DNA of 64,000 nt from Cyanophora paradoxa CCMP329 (lineage: Eukaryota > Plantae > Glaucophyta). The notes below the pieces were generated by a model, which saw only the letters and a program-made list of their open reading frames with translations, was not told where the DNA came from and made no database searches. How positions within the stretch are numbered: the stretch's first letter is position 1; every line of letters starts with the position of its first letter. The translations under genes were made by a program, and so were the position numbers. The DNA is taken from NCBI GenBank assembly GCA_004431415.1, contig QPMI01000649.1, positions 1 through 64,000 on the forward strand, written 5' to 3'. Positions 63,884 through 64,000 of the stretch are shown in pieces.

Positions 63884-64000
63884 AAATATATAACTACACG
63901 CGTCGTCTCTTTAACCTAATGATCTATTTGATGCAGCAAGATGGATTATTTCTCGATGCACTCAGTGGCTCTGTGTTTTGCAGGCTTGCTTATATTCGAC

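Larger units (their letters stand above)
53933..64000. repeat. Tandem segmental duplication, unit 2 (runs off the window)
   Basis: Differs from unit 1 mostly by 1-nt indels in homopolymers. Confidence 0.93.

Noticed and set aside
42889-64000. Frameshift differences between the duplicate copies as evidence of pseudogenisation
   Set aside because: They are 1-nt indels, mostly in homopolymers and scattered over both copies, which is typical of long-read consensus error.

Overview
The window has two compartments. Bases 1-13146 are an AT-rich, intronless, gene-dense segment that looks like the right-hand end of an endogenous dsDNA virus (Polinton-like, virophage or small Nucleocytoviricota-type). 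It carries two penton-like genes, a patatin-discoidin fusion, a large modular fibre with a peptidase-S74 chaperone, two paralogous probable structural genes, a DUF723-like zinc-ribbon protein and a SpeD-type decarboxylase. It ends in about 1 kb of non-coding repeats and a 75-bp hairpin that abuts host DNA in the middle of an exon. Bases 13147-64000 are GC-rich, intron-dense eukaryotic host DNA, probably an archaeplastid alga. Glaucophyte-like is an inference from an MAF-type transit peptide and a chlamydial-type TGT. Host genes include a three-member family of unknown proteins (one copy cut by the virus), an F-box-NACHT-TPR protein, a TPR/coiled-coil/RING-H2 gene, a signal peptide peptidase-like gene, a tgt gene with an intronic H/ACA snoRNA-like cluster, and an approximately 11-kb tandem duplication of a FAD oxidoreductase plus a Cys-Met-repeat Ctr copper transporter. 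Single-base indels are common and may be sequencing errors. Host exon boundaries were inferred by eye and all counts are manual.
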